A stretch of DNA of 64,000 bases from positions 39,806,001-39,870,000 of the forward strand of contig NC_045697.1 of NCBI RefSeq assembly GCF_009834535.1. The letters are read 5' to 3'. Made by a program: the position numbers and the translations under genes. Under the pieces are notes generated by a model. It saw only the letters and a list, made by a program, of their open reading frames with translations, had not been told where the DNA came from and searched no databases. This DNA comes from Camelus ferus (Eukaryota). Positions 13,960 through 26,680 of the stretch are shown here, piece after piece; position 1 is the first letter of the stretch; each line of letters starts with the position of its first letter.

Positions 13960-14110
13960 CTCTCTCTAGGCAGCTATCTTGAGTCCTTTACGTAGATTCT
14001 CCCATTTAATCTTCTTATCAATTCTGTGAGTTACATATTATCCCCACGTACAAGATGAGGAAACCGAGGTTCAGAGAAATTAAGTAACTCACCACAGGTC
14101 ACACACTTGG
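13960..14110 (-). mobile_element. MIR SINE
   Basis: gatgaggaaaccgaggttcagagaaattaagtaact, the MIR core in reverse. Confidence 0.7.
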
Positions 14111-15639
14111 CATCTGTACCACAAGCCAGAATGGTTCCACCTCACCTGGCAGATCTGCAAGTTAAATAATAATTAATATTTGTATAGAACTCTACAAAGT
14201 ACTTTCATGTTATTGAAAACAAAAGGGAAAGTAAACTTCTGAAAATAAAATATCTTTAAATCACGCAAGCTTGAATATTCCCCAAACATTGTATCTCAAA
14301 AATCTGGTTAAAATACCAATAAGATAACTGCTAATCAACTACGAAGCTGTCACTTCTAAAAGTGAACTTAGAGATGTAAAGAGCACCTTCAAAAATTCCT
14401 GGCATTTGTAGTAGATGTAAAAGTAAAAATAAAATTATTTTTAAATTCCCCATTTAGGTTAAAAAAATAAATTTTTGAAAAATAATTCAATTTTCTCCTT
14501 CCTTTTTTCCATGTACCGCACACATTATAGCTTATTTTACCACACCTGTTTTGAAGTCTTTCTTCTATCTTTCCTTCTTTCTCAACACCACATCCTCTTT
14601 CATGCAAAACAAGATGGTACTATCTGAGAGGCACTTTAGGTCTCTTAAAAGAACAAGTCCTGCATGATTTTAAGATATTTTCATCATAACTTTATTTCTA
14701 TGTAATGTAAGAAACTTCCATTCAATTTGGAGAATATTTTTATTTCTGAAACTGAAGCAAAACTATCTTGTATCTCCAGTCCGGGTGCAACTCTAACATA
14801 TAAAAAAAGTTTTTATAAATTATTATGCAAACCTTAAGAAATTTAGATTTGTTACTTAGAATGAAATGCTATAACCAATGGCTCCAACCACACCATTTGG
14901 AACATTTTGGAATCTCTGTTTCCTTTTTCAAAAATAAAAACCCAACTACTTACTGAAAAAGTAAAACTGCCTGCTTAACCAACTGTGTTTCTTCTTTTCA
15001 TGCCAAAGGAGGAGTTCTGCCAAAGAGATTTCAAATCTTCCTCCTTGATTCCTGCATCCTTTCTCCAGAAGGTTCCTAGCCTCGATGTGGTCAATGATGT
15101 GTAATTCATCTATTTTGCTTTAAAACAGGTGAAATATATTACTCTCTTTTTGTGATTTATAATTCCATCCACCTGCCCCCAGCGTAAAGTACGGAGAGCT
15201 TCACAGTAATCTGCAACTAAAACCAGAAGGCATCTCTCTCCAGAGTCACTGCATTTAAAAAGGATGTTAATCCTCATTTTATTTCACTTTTCTTTCTCCT
15301 CAGTCTGCAGTTAAAAAAGCAGCTCACTTGATGTTATCAAATCATCAGATGAAAGGTTCTAGAAATAGCTTCCTATTTGTGGAAAGAGCCAGGAGACACA
15401 AAAAATGAAAGACAGCTCTTGAATCGTCTTTCCTAAAGCATTCCGTGCGTAACGAATGCAAGCAAAATCCTGGAAGGCTTAGCTCTGAATTTAAGGTACT
15501 TCCTAATGGGGCCTGATTGAAAAGCTAAAGTAAAACGGAATCACAAAACAAATAAAAACACCGGCACACCAAAAGCAAATTTCAAATACACATTTCCCGG
15601 AGCCCACAGCGCATACCCAGAATCAAGGCATAGTTGCTT

Positions 15640-17260
15640 CAGGTGCGGTCTCTACCGCGCTCCGCGCTCGTCTGTTTCAGTTGTCCGGGTTTGCCAAATC
15701 CACACATTCACAAATGACTCAAAGTGCCACCTACCTCCGAACGTCCCAGTTCCTGACACCTCCGCGCCCGTCCGCGCACTTACGTGTCGGCACACACACG
15801 TGTCCACACACACCCTCGCCCCGGCTCCGCCCAGGAGGCGGACTCCGACGAGGCCAGCCGGGCACGGCCTCCGCGAGGTGGGTAGTGCCCAGAACCGCGG
15901 CCCCACCGGCACTGTCACCGCGGCCGCCGAGCCCTCAGTCCTCAGCGCAAACTCCCGGCCGCCGCCAGGGTTCCCCAAAACGTGGAGGCCTCGCCGGCTC
16001 GCATTTCGCGAGGAAGCGTCCGCGCCCCTCACCGCAACGGTGTCACCGGAGCCCCGGAATTTAAATAGGGGTCGGCGAGGAGGAAGGGGAGGATCCTCCT
16101 TTTGACTTTCTGCGTCGCAATTCCTCCCGGTCGGCTGGCAGCCGAGTTGGGGTGGAGGGCGCTCCCGTTTTTAAAGCGGCTTCCGGCCTCTCTGGGCGCG
16201 AGGTTCTTTAGGTTAGAGGGAGAGCCCCAAGAGCGCCAGGGAGGCGCACGAAAGGCCGACAGGCACCCCGCGCGCCTGGCCCCGGCGCGGCCCCGCCGCC
16301 CGCGCCCGGCAGCCACTGCAGGCGCCGCGCCCCGACCTCCCCGCGCGCCCGGCCCCAGGTCGTCGCGGGAAGCGCTCGGTAGCCGCAGCCGCAGCCGCCC
16401 CTCCCGGAGCCGCGCGCTGACAGCCGTGCGCCGCGGAACGCGGCGGCTGTGCGTCTGCAGCTCCGCGATACCCTCCTTCCTAGAACCCAGGCCCCCGCCC
16501 CGCGCACCGTGGCGGCCACCGAACCGCTGCTTGGGATTCCGACTGTGACAGCTCCACTGGTCTGGCGCGGGGTTTCTCCGATTTCGGCGTCACAATAATA
16601 AGGAAGTTTCCCCGCAAGCCTGAGGGCGGCGGAATGCGCCGGGTGAAGGACGGCCCACCCGGCCAATGGGCGCCCTTCTGGGGCGGGCCCACACCAAAGT
16701 CGGCCCCAGCGGGCGGGAGGCGGAGCGGCGAGGTCCGGCGGCGGGAGGCGGGGAGAGGCCCAGGCCCGGGAGGGAGGCGGGGGCGGCCGGAGGTGACAGG
16801 ACCTGCGGGCCCGGCGAGGGGACAGCGGCGCGAGTGTGTGTCGGCCAAGATCCGGCTGCAAGACACAGAGCGTTAGCGCTAAAATAGGATTGCTTTTCAC
16901 TGGCGGTGAAGCGAAAAGAACTGAACAGCGGTTGGTTTTTCAGGTTCTGGGCTCCGAATCTTATTTGTGCAGAGGTGACCAAAAGCCTTGGGCACAGGGG
17001 GAAAAGCTAGAGGGTGACAACTGAAGGTGATTTATTTAGCGTCTTATTCCATCCACGGTGGAGGAGTCTTGTGTCACTCGCCTTTGGAGGACTGGAGAAG
17101 GCGCCGAGCCGAAAGCTGGGCTGCGCGACGGGAGAGGCGGGAAGGAGGTCGGCGCTCGCCCAGGAACCTCGTAGAGAGTTGGGGGTGGAAGAGGAGAGCG
17201 GTGCTGCAGACGCAAGGGGGGCTTGGGGAAGATTGGAGGGTGGTGGCTGGGAGAGCATGG
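15640..17260 (-). promoter_or_regulatory. HERC3: CpG island, HERC3 promoter and non-coding first exon region
   Basis: Very GC- and CpG-dense stretch about 11 kb upstream of the first coding exon. GC boxes (GGGCGG, ~16680-16790), CCAAT (~16663), ETS-like AGGAAGT (~16601). Candidate first-exon donor GCG|GTGAGG at 16033/16032 on the minus strand. TSS cannot be placed exactly. Confidence 0.85.
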
Positions 17261-18799
17261 AAACAAGTCACTGAACGGGAGATCTTAAATCTTCTCGTCT
17301 TGGAGAGACCATGTGGCATAAAACCCAGTAATGTATAAAGAAGTTTGTCCCCTGCTTTCCCTGGCACTGAATATCACAGCTTTCCCCTACCTCCCCAAGG
17401 TCACAGAGCTTACCGAGTTCCCCTAGTCCCTGTCTGATCCATAGATGATGTTTTAAAGAAAACATTCTCACAAAGGTGACTTCAAGAGTCCACCGCCCTC
17501 CTCTCCCCCCATAAATTTGCAACACAGAAGCAGAACACGGGGAAAGTACTACATTAATCCAAAGGAATGACTTTACTAGTGGAAGAATTTCTGTAACCTG
17601 CCATTTGAACTGGGAAGATCCTTTGAGGCCAGATTCTTCCCAAGGACGTTCAAATCAGGTCGGGTCTGCAATTACCTTCTCTAAGAATTTACCAGATTGA
17701 CCAAGCTGAAAAGAAGTCTGGGAGAGTATGCAGTATATATATATCCTGGGGACAGGGCACTGTTGGCTGGCATATGTATTCTCAGTGACATAAGACAAGT
17801 TGTCAAATCTTGTCCAGAGACAAGATAAGAAAGCAAAATCTCAGTTACCAGGTAGCTAACATCATCTAAGAAAATAATTCCAACCTTTGAAGTCTGAATC
17901 ACACTGGACACACTTTAGAAACACTGGGGACCAGATTAACACAATTCCCTTATGCTCCAGAGGTGTGGCAGTTTCACAAAAGTCCAGGCGTCTCACAGAG
18001 ACATAATCCCAGTTCAGAGACTGAAGGAATGGCCAAAGAGGAGACCTGGTGGGAAGGAGGGTTCCCTATGCTTGAGAAGGAGAGAGTGAGGTTTTGTTTT
18101 CATGTGTCAAATATGAGGTTTGTAATCAATCAGCATTTAGGTCAGTATCTCTAGTCCATGGCACAAATGTTTTTCATATGAAATTTTATCTTGAGGAAAA
18201 GTTGGTCATCAAAGATTCAAGTCTGGAGTTGAGATAGGAGTGATGTCTAAATTACAGACTGAGGTACTATAGGCTTCCTTACCAAATAAAACAACAACCA
18301 GAACCCTGGGGACCCACTCAGATGTAGAACAATCAATGAAGGTACCCACAGTACTTCATTTTATTTTCTTAATTGAACCAACATAAAATGGCAGTTTCCT
18401 CAGCAAACATGTCCTACTCCATTTACCAAAATGGCTTTAAAAGGCCCTAGCCACAACAGTAGTCATAATAGGAGGTATTTAAACTGACTTGAAGAGGCCA
18501 TGGTTTACTTCTTCCTTCCATTTCTAAAGCTCAGTCCTCCATCCCTTTCTTTCCAACTTCCCACATGTTCCCTAACAAATATACTGTGTATTGAGCATCT
18601 GCTGTAATACCAGACCCTGTGGATACGCTGGTGAGCAAAATGGCACAGTCCCTGTTACAATGGATGGGGAGGCAAGCATTAACCAAATATCCATACAAAG
18701 GACTATATAGTTGCTGAGCAGGATAAATTTTATTAAAGAAAAACATTCATATTATAAAAGATTTAACCCCAACAAGAACTAAACAACACTGAGATCCAG

Positions 18800-19045
18800 T
18801 TAAATGCTATGTATGCTGAAGTATTTAGGAAGAAGTGTCTGATGTCAGCAACTTATTTTGAAATGTGTATTTTAAAAGCTGGATTGAAGGATGGACAAAC
18901 ATGGATAGATGGATAGATCTGTGATAAACCCAGTATAACAAAATGTTAATTGTAGATTCTATGTGGTGGGTAGATGGCTTGTTCACTATACATTATTTCC
19001 AACTTTTCTGTGTGTTTGAAAAGTTCACATTAAAAAATGTTAGAA
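18800..19045 (+). mobile_element. Old L1 3'UTR fragment
   Basis: gaagtatttagg...gcaacttattttgaaatg...aaaatgttaattgtaga...gttcactata...aacttttctgtgtgtttgaa. Confidence 0.6.
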
Positions 19046-22041
19046 AACCGTAAATAAACAAATAGCGTAATAAATTCTAACTGTGTCGTCCAGTTCCAGC
19101 GCTGAGCAGATGAGGAATCCCCAGTGACAGGGGCTGATGATTCCCAGGGCTGCTGCACCTCCTCCTGAACAGATGTCGATTTGATCCGTTCGGCACAACT
19201 CACTTCTTGAAATGCATATGCCTAGTTTGGATTTCTTTCAATTTTCATTACATTAGGAATACTGTTTAATAATGATTGTTCAATGTGTTTACTTACTTAC
19301 TCTGCAGACAAACATTCACTTGGTAAACTTGGAAAGAAACAGACTCCTGGTATCTCAGATTAAACATGTGGGGGAAAAACCAGGTCAGCTACAACATTCT
19401 GTCTCACAGGTGTACTTCTGAAGAAGTGTCTTCATCTCTAGGAAGGGAAAGCACTGATTATTGACAAGTGGGTACCCTGTAAAGCTACACAATCACAACA
19501 GTGTTTCTTGGTTCCCCCAAACCCCCAGCAAAATACTTATTTTGTCAGTCAAGTCAATACTCAAGGGAAAAATTGGTTGTGAAACATTTTTCACATTTTT
19601 TTCACTGTTTTTGGTTGTTTAATAGCTTATCCAAGAGGCCTAAATATTCCCAGACTAAATTATCTAAGCTTATTGAAAACTGTCCTATAATATACAGCAT
19701 TAATTTATTAATGTGAAAAAATAACTTGTAAGAAAGATATGGTAAATCAATATTGCCATCAATCAAATAATTATTAAGTATTTATTGAATGTTTTCTATC
19801 TGTAGTGTTGCTGTGCAAGAAGTATCATTCCTGACTACAAAGATCTTACAGCCCTTATGACTATTCCTTTGTTTTCTTGAAACTATTCATAGTTTAAGTT
19901 TGCTTTTTTTTTTCTTATCAAGGCATTTGGATGAGACACAAGCACCTTACCTTAAATATAAGAAACTCACCAGTGTCATGTGGGTTGAAATTAATTAACA
20001 TTAACAAGATTGGATCACTGAGCATTTCCTAAGAAAGCCTTTAGGGTGAGCTTTGATTTGTCCCTGAAGATTGTACGCAGCAGAGCTTTGTAGCAATGCA
20101 TAGTTCATGTTACAAAGAGTGTGGTGCCCTAACACAGCTTTTTCCTTATTCCTAGCAGAGGCGTCTGCAGTGCATTGCCTAGGTCGATTCCTCCCTCTCA
20201 TTTTCACTAAATAAACCTATACTTTTAGCATACTCCAGAAGAAGTAAATAATCAAAGGAGTTGTATCTGTAAAATTGATATATACTATAATTTATTTATT
20301 ATAAATCTGTAAAAAAAAATAGCATTGTTTGTGTTTCCAAACTTTATGGCTACCTTTTATGTATAAAAGGGAAGTTATAACTGGTATTTAACATTCTGTT
20401 GGCCTTTGGCATTTTGTTTTCATCCTATGTGTAGGTAAAAGCCCAGTGAAATCAGCCATTATATTTATTTTTAAGTTGTTGACCAACAAACTGTTCTTAC
20501 TTTATACTTAAGATACTATAGTATCTTACCTTGTAGATACCTACAGCTGATTCTGTTTCCCTTTTTCCAATGGCTTTTGAAGCCTAAAGCAAAATGTATG
20601 TCCCATCTGTACAGAATCTTATTGCATGCATTTTGAGAAGTAACTTCATTTCAAGGTTCATTTTAACTTTGCTCTGTCATTGTCCCATTGTATGCATTTT
20701 CTTGCCTACTTAAAAAAAAAAAAAAAAACCTGTTTTTCTCTCCACGGTAAATGCATTAAATATCACTATATAAGATGTGTAAAATACATGTAAGAAAAAA
20801 GAAAAGAAAAATGATCTGGTATTTCACCACCCATTTTTAGTTCTAATATTTTGTCATTTCCCCATGCATGTATATAAATTAACCAATTTCCCACTTGTTG
20901 CACGTTTAAATTATTTTTAATCCATTGCCATCATAGACAATAGAGTGACATAGTTACACATAGTAAACACTGCTAAACATTTGCTCTCACTCTTGATTAT
21001 TTCCTTAAGATAAATTCCTAAAAGTGGAATTGCTGGGTTAGGCAGAATGCAGACTCTTTAAGGCTGTGTAGTGTATTGCCAATTTTCCCTAACAAATGAT
21101 GACACCAACTAAATACACACACAATGTCTAAGTGGCCTTTGTCCAATCCCCTTGCTGGCAAGTGAGGTTGTTTTGTCCTGGTTTTCATTTTAGCTTTTTT
21201 GTGTGTGTGCTAATTTTGTAAACCACCTTAAGCCTCAACTAGAGCATGTGGGACATAAATAAATAAAACAAAAAATCTTCTAGTAAAATAAAAAGCCATG
21301 TGGTGCACATCTAAAAATTAGCTTAGCCAAGATGTTTCTAAATATTCATATCAAAAATTACCTACGTGCATAAAAATGTATGACTGGGGTTGTATGTCCT
21401 TTGCTGAAATTCTATTTGATATCATGTGATTTCCCCCAGTCCTCCCACACACCTGCCAAAAATAAAAGATTCCAGAAAGGAAGTTCTGTACAAACTCAAA
21501 CTGTTGTTAATCATTTTCATCTTCAGTACACATACACAAGCCAATAACAGTGAGCTGATGGTTTATCAAGTCTCACAGCAAACTAAAAAATAGACTAGGT
21601 GTCGGAATTTGTGTCATCCAGGAGCAGAATGGTAGCCAGAGAAGGCATTTTATTGTCCATTTCTTGAAAAGAAAACAGCATAATGATTTATAACATCCAT
21701 TGTGGTCCAATCACCTTTGCCATGAATCACCTTGTTTTGGGTACCAGTAAGTCCCAGGCATTGCTGAAGAAAATGTCCTTACTGACCAACCATTAGGTGG
21801 GCACGTACTTTGAGTTCTTCTGTGGCCTTTAGGGGTGGATTTGTACTATTCCATCCAAGTTCTTGCCCGGTTCCCTTCTTAATTAACTGGCTAAAATTTT
21901 AAAGTACGTATATAAATGTCAGCCTAGAACCAGTTAAAATGACCTGCCCAGTACCTAGAATGAAACATGTACCCTGGGCCTTATTAGCATTATGTTCTGA
22001 TGAATTGTACTGATGTTTCTGAGGATAAATGGTTTGGAGAA

Positions 22042-22460
22042 TGTAGTGGATTAAATAGTTTCTCTACAAAATTCATGTCTACCTGGAACTTCAGAATGTG
22101 AATTTATTTGGAATCAGGTCATTACAGATATAAACAATTTCATTAAGATATGGTCATGTCAGATTAGGAGGGCCTGAAATCCAACACCTGGTGTCCTCAT
22201 AAGAAGGCCCTTTGAACACAAAGAGACACGCAGGGAAAACACCATGTGAAGGTGGAGACAGAGACTGGAGCGACATGTCTACAAGCCAAGGAATGCCAAC
22301 CAACCATCAGAAGTGAGGGGAAAGGCCTTGAGAATAGATTCTCCCCCAGAGCTTCCAGGAGGAACCAACTGCCAACACCTTGATTTCTAACTTTAGCCTC
22401 TAGAATTGTGAGATAATACATTTCTGTTGTTTTAAGCCACCCAGTTTGTGGTACAGAGGT
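22042..22460 (+). mobile_element. MaLR LTR (MLT1-like)
   Basis: Starts tgtagtgg. Contains ctacaagccaaggaatgcc, gattctcccccagagc, acaccttgattt, ttgttttaagccacccagtttgtggta. Confidence 0.85.
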
Positions 22461-23750
22461 AAGCAGGTTGCTACAAAAAGCATCTATATTAAATAGGCTT
22501 TTAATGCAGTCTAGCTGTGGCATCTGTCACCAGGCTGACTGCCAGGATTGACTGAGTGATCTGGCATCTTAGTCCAGAGTTCCCTTCCTCTGAGAGTTCC
22601 ATGTGTGTTCTTCCCAAAGTGTCAACTCAATCAAAAAGAATGACATTTCCAAACTGACAAAGTCTATTCTTAGTCAGGATATACGGGGAGCTGAACTCCC
22701 CGGCTAGATCTTTCCAACAAGCATTGACATCCCCTTGCAAGCAAATGCAGGTTAGCCGAATCTGTTTTAAAGAGTGCCTCTCTCCACCTGATATTTTGTT
22801 ATAATATCAGTCAAATCACAACTCCATATCAGTTTCATTCAGAAAGCATGTAAATTGTAGAAAATTGAACTTATATAAGCCTTGACTTTGATGAAATTCT
22901 AGTCATTTCAAAGACAAATCATTATGTTTTCCTTGATACTGCAGCAGAGCAATATGATTTGACTATAATAGTAGGAACAAAAAATAATTAAATTTATTTT
23001 ACTCTTTTACTGAATTAATATTTATACCGTAAAGCAAGACTATAAATGTTAAAGTGAAACTTCACGTCTATGGAGAGGACTCAGGAAAATCAATCTTAAC
23101 TATAAGAAACTCCATCAAGTACAAACCTAGTCCACAACTTTATATTATTAAGAGGAAATCTGGGCATTAATAATCTTTATTTTTTTAAGTCAACATTATA
23201 TTGCAAAACAAAATGGAAACTTTATTTTGGTCTGTATGGAGAAGGAAAACCAGTTACCTAAATAAATTGCTTAGGAAAGAGATTCTGACCCCAGGTCAGC
23301 CCCTAAACATTCAATGGACTTGGCTATGTGAAATATAGGCTATATTTGAGAGTTAACTACAGAAATATTTTCCTTAGAGAATCAACTAGGCAATACTTGA
23401 TTATTTATTTCACTGGAAAAAAATAGTTCCGGCTAATTAAAAGCTACCTAAGCTTTCTATGTCTCATCTATAATTTAAAAATAGATTGCCAATGATAAAT
23501 ATTTATTGAGTTATTTTAATATCCACTTTATGGAGATACTGTATTTGTAATATTTAGAAAACTCACCTAAGAAACATAGACAAAATATTCTGTAAAACAC
23601 CAAAACAGAATCTTTTAAAGAACATATTGTCAGCAAATAAAATAACTCACAACAGAACAAAAGAACTCTGCAGCCTCTTTGCAAGCTAGTTCTAGAAACA
23701 CAAGAAGCCCTGAAATGAGTCTAGTAAGGGAAAAGAGAGTCAGAAATTAG

Positions 23751-23876
23751 GGAGGAGGGTGCAGCTCAGCCATAGAGTGCATGCCTAGCGTACACAGCGT
23801 CCTGGGGTTCAATCCCCAGTACCTCCATTAAACAAATAAATAAACCTAATTACCTCCCCTGCCCCTCCCCCCAAAA
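23751..23876 (+). mobile_element. tRNA-derived SINE, camelid Vic-1-like
   Basis: ggagggtgcagctcag...ggttcaatccccagtacctccattaa...aaataaacctaattacctcccc. Imperfect TSD aagagagtcagaaattag / aagagagaatcaggaattag. Confidence 0.8.
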
Positions 23877-24299
23877 AGAGAGAATCAGGAATTAGCAGTA
23901 CTGAGCTTCAGCAAAAGAATGAGTGTGGAGTTTCCGTGTCTTGCCCTTTTTGCTTCCTCTTGCTACCATTAGAGCATGATTCCTAACTTTCTTTTTTGAT
24001 CTTCTATCCTTTTCAGAACCTGATGAAACTTAACACGTTGTCACCACAAAAATGGTGCATATACTCATAGAAGTAATTACTCACTTAAGATTTAGTAGTA
24101 ACTCAAAATAAATAGTCATCAAATCTTGGTTCTTCATCCTATTCTCCACATTCATTCCAAGACCCTGACCCCAGCATACTGTGGCCCAGCATTGTTCACT
24201 CTTGACAAACTGATCTCTACATCGTCTCCCTACTCCACCCCAGCCCACCCCCCATACACAGACACATATTAACGGAGAGACCTATCTAGCATTTTCTGG

Positions 24300-24930
24300 G
24301 CATTCCTTCCTGAACAGAAAACCTGTAAAGTTAAGTCTTATGAATGTAAGGAAATGCCAGGCAGGGTAAGAGCACCTGTGGCAGGGGGAACAGCATGTGT
24401 GAAAGTTTTGAGGCTGAGAAGAGCTTGCGACTGTTAAGGCACTGAAAGGACTGCCAGGTTGCCCGTGTGGCTGGGACAGAGTGAGTGGAGAAGGGAGTGG
24501 CATGTGATGACTTCAGAGAAAGAGGCAGGGACATATCATGCAGAGCTTTCTAGGGGTTTTGATTTTATTATAAGTGCAATGAGAAGCCACTGGGAGGTTC
24601 TGAACAGATCGCTGGTTCCTGAATGAATGGCAAGGGATGGAAGGGGCACAACAGAAGAATTAGACAGACCCGTTAGGAGGTGATTGAGGTGATTACAGTA
24701 ATCCGGACTAGAGATAGCAGTGGCTTGGGTTCAGACAATAGCAGTAGAGATGAAAAGAAGTAGATGTAGGCAAGATCTATTTTGGAGGTAGAAAAGAAGG
24801 GAGCTGGAGGGTTGGAAGAGAAAAAAACAAAGAAAAGTCCTAGATTTCTGGCTTCAGCAGCTGGTTAGACAGCAGTAATGCCCTTTACTAAGGTGAAGAA
24901 GATTGAGAGACGACCAGGTTTTAGAATGTC
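24300..24930 (-). mobile_element. L2 LINE remnant
   Basis: ggaacagcatgtgtgaaag, gagaagccactgggagg, gttaggaggtgattg, tttggaggtagaa, tttctggcttcagcagctgg. Confidence 0.65.
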
Positions 24931-25944
24931 AATGAAGAGTGTCCCTCTAAAGGTATAAGATCCTTGAGGGAGCATCTGTGTTTAAACTTTGCTTTCCAGT
25001 ATATACTAGCACCTAGCACACTGCCTGACGCAGCGAGTACTAACTAAACTGGGTTGGATGACAAGCCTGTAACATTCTGATGATTCACTGCTTATGAAAG
25101 GGGATTCAGTACATTTAAATGAACTATTAAACAGACACGGGATACAGTTAGAAGATTCACATTTCAAATTTATGTATGAAGTGATAGTGGTGATGTCTTC
25201 TACATATATGAGTCTTTTGTAAAGTAAGGGACATTTTTGTTTACAGAATGTCTGATGTAAAGTAAGCCTGATGCTATAAACATACTTCAGGAAGGAAAAA
25301 GTCCTAAGAACTTCATTATAGATGAGGGCTTTTTATTTTACTTGAAGCTCTTAAATTCTGTTGTTTTAGAAAATTGACTATTAATGGCACTGCAGCCTTG
25401 TACTACTAGCAAACAAGAGGGCAAGTGACATCACCTTCGTGACAGCTGTTGATGCTTGTCAGATCTGACAGGCTAAAGAGGAGCCCTCAAATGACATTGA
25501 GACCAAATCAGTATTCAGCTTTTAAACTCTGAGGGCAACATGGTGTTTAGCATAATCACCTTGACATGCTATTTGCATGTCCCAACTCTACTAGAATATG
25601 GACTATTCATTGCGTGAAAAGGAGAAATCCTATACAAAAGGATACAAAAGCGTATCTTCACTGGTGTTCCATCAAAAGGTATCTAGTATCTTTAATACTT
25701 TTCAATAGGTAATTGGCTTCTAGTGTCCTTACTATTCTAAGGCTTTTCAAAAATTGGCACTAGCTATCACTGAATATCAGATTTGATAAGGAAGATTTCA
25801 AACTCGGTTAAATTAATCCAGACCTTGTCTAAGTGAGAGCTAAAACAAAAACAAATAAGTAAAAAAACAAAAAATGCTCCAGGATAGCCAAGCAATACCT
25901 TTTTAAAAATATTCTGAAAGGATTAAAAATAATTATTTATTCCT

Positions 25945-26680
25945 TACAATCTAGTAATTTCACTTCTGGGTATATACCCAGAAGAACTGAAAGCAAGGTC
26001 TCAAAAAGATATTTGTACTAAAAAAATTTTTTATTCTGTATAGCACAGAGAAGTATATTCAATATCTTATAATAACCTTTAATGAAAATGAATATATATA
26101 TGTATATGCATGACTGGGACATTGTGCTGTACACCAGACACTGACACATTGTAACTGACTATACTTCAATAAAAAAATCATAAAAAAGATATTTGTACAC
26201 TCATGTTCACAGCAGCACTATTTTCAATAGCTGAAATCTAGCAGTAACCCAAGTATCCATCAACGGATGAATGAATAAACAAAATGTGGTATATATGAAC
26301 AATGGAGTATTACACAGCATTGAAAATGAAGGAAATTCTGACACATACTACAACACAGATGAATTCTGAATACATTAAGGTAGGTGAAATAAGCCAGTCA
26401 CACACAAAAAAATCAACTATTTTATGATCCATGTATATGAGGTACTTATGGTAGTCAAATTCATGGAGACAGAAAGTAGAATGATCACTGCTAGAGGCTG
26501 GGGCAGGCGGAAATGGGGAGTTAGTTTAATAGGAACAATTTCAATTGGGAAGATGAAAAAGTTCTGGAGATGGATGGTGGTGATGGTTGTACAATAAAGT
26601 GAATATATTTAACACTACTAAACTGTACATGTTAAAATGATAAATTTTATTTTATGTGTATTTTGCCACAATTAAAAATA
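25945..26680 (+). mobile_element. L1 3' fragment containing a nested younger L1 3' end (26019-26182)
   Basis: Host L1 ORF2 end and 3'UTR are split by an insert flanked by the exact 16-bp duplication AAAAAGATATTTGTAC (26003-26018, 26183-26198). Confidence 0.85.

Noticed and set aside
14954..15016. Candidate 63-nt non-coding HERC3 exon (ctctttggcag ... TCA|GTAAGT, minus)
   Set aside because: Cannot be told apart from a pseudo-exon without RNA-seq.
15652..17525. Many overlapping 60-230 aa ORFs on both strands
   Set aside because: Typical CpG-island artefacts with low-complexity Arg/Pro/Gly/Ala content and no recognisable homology.
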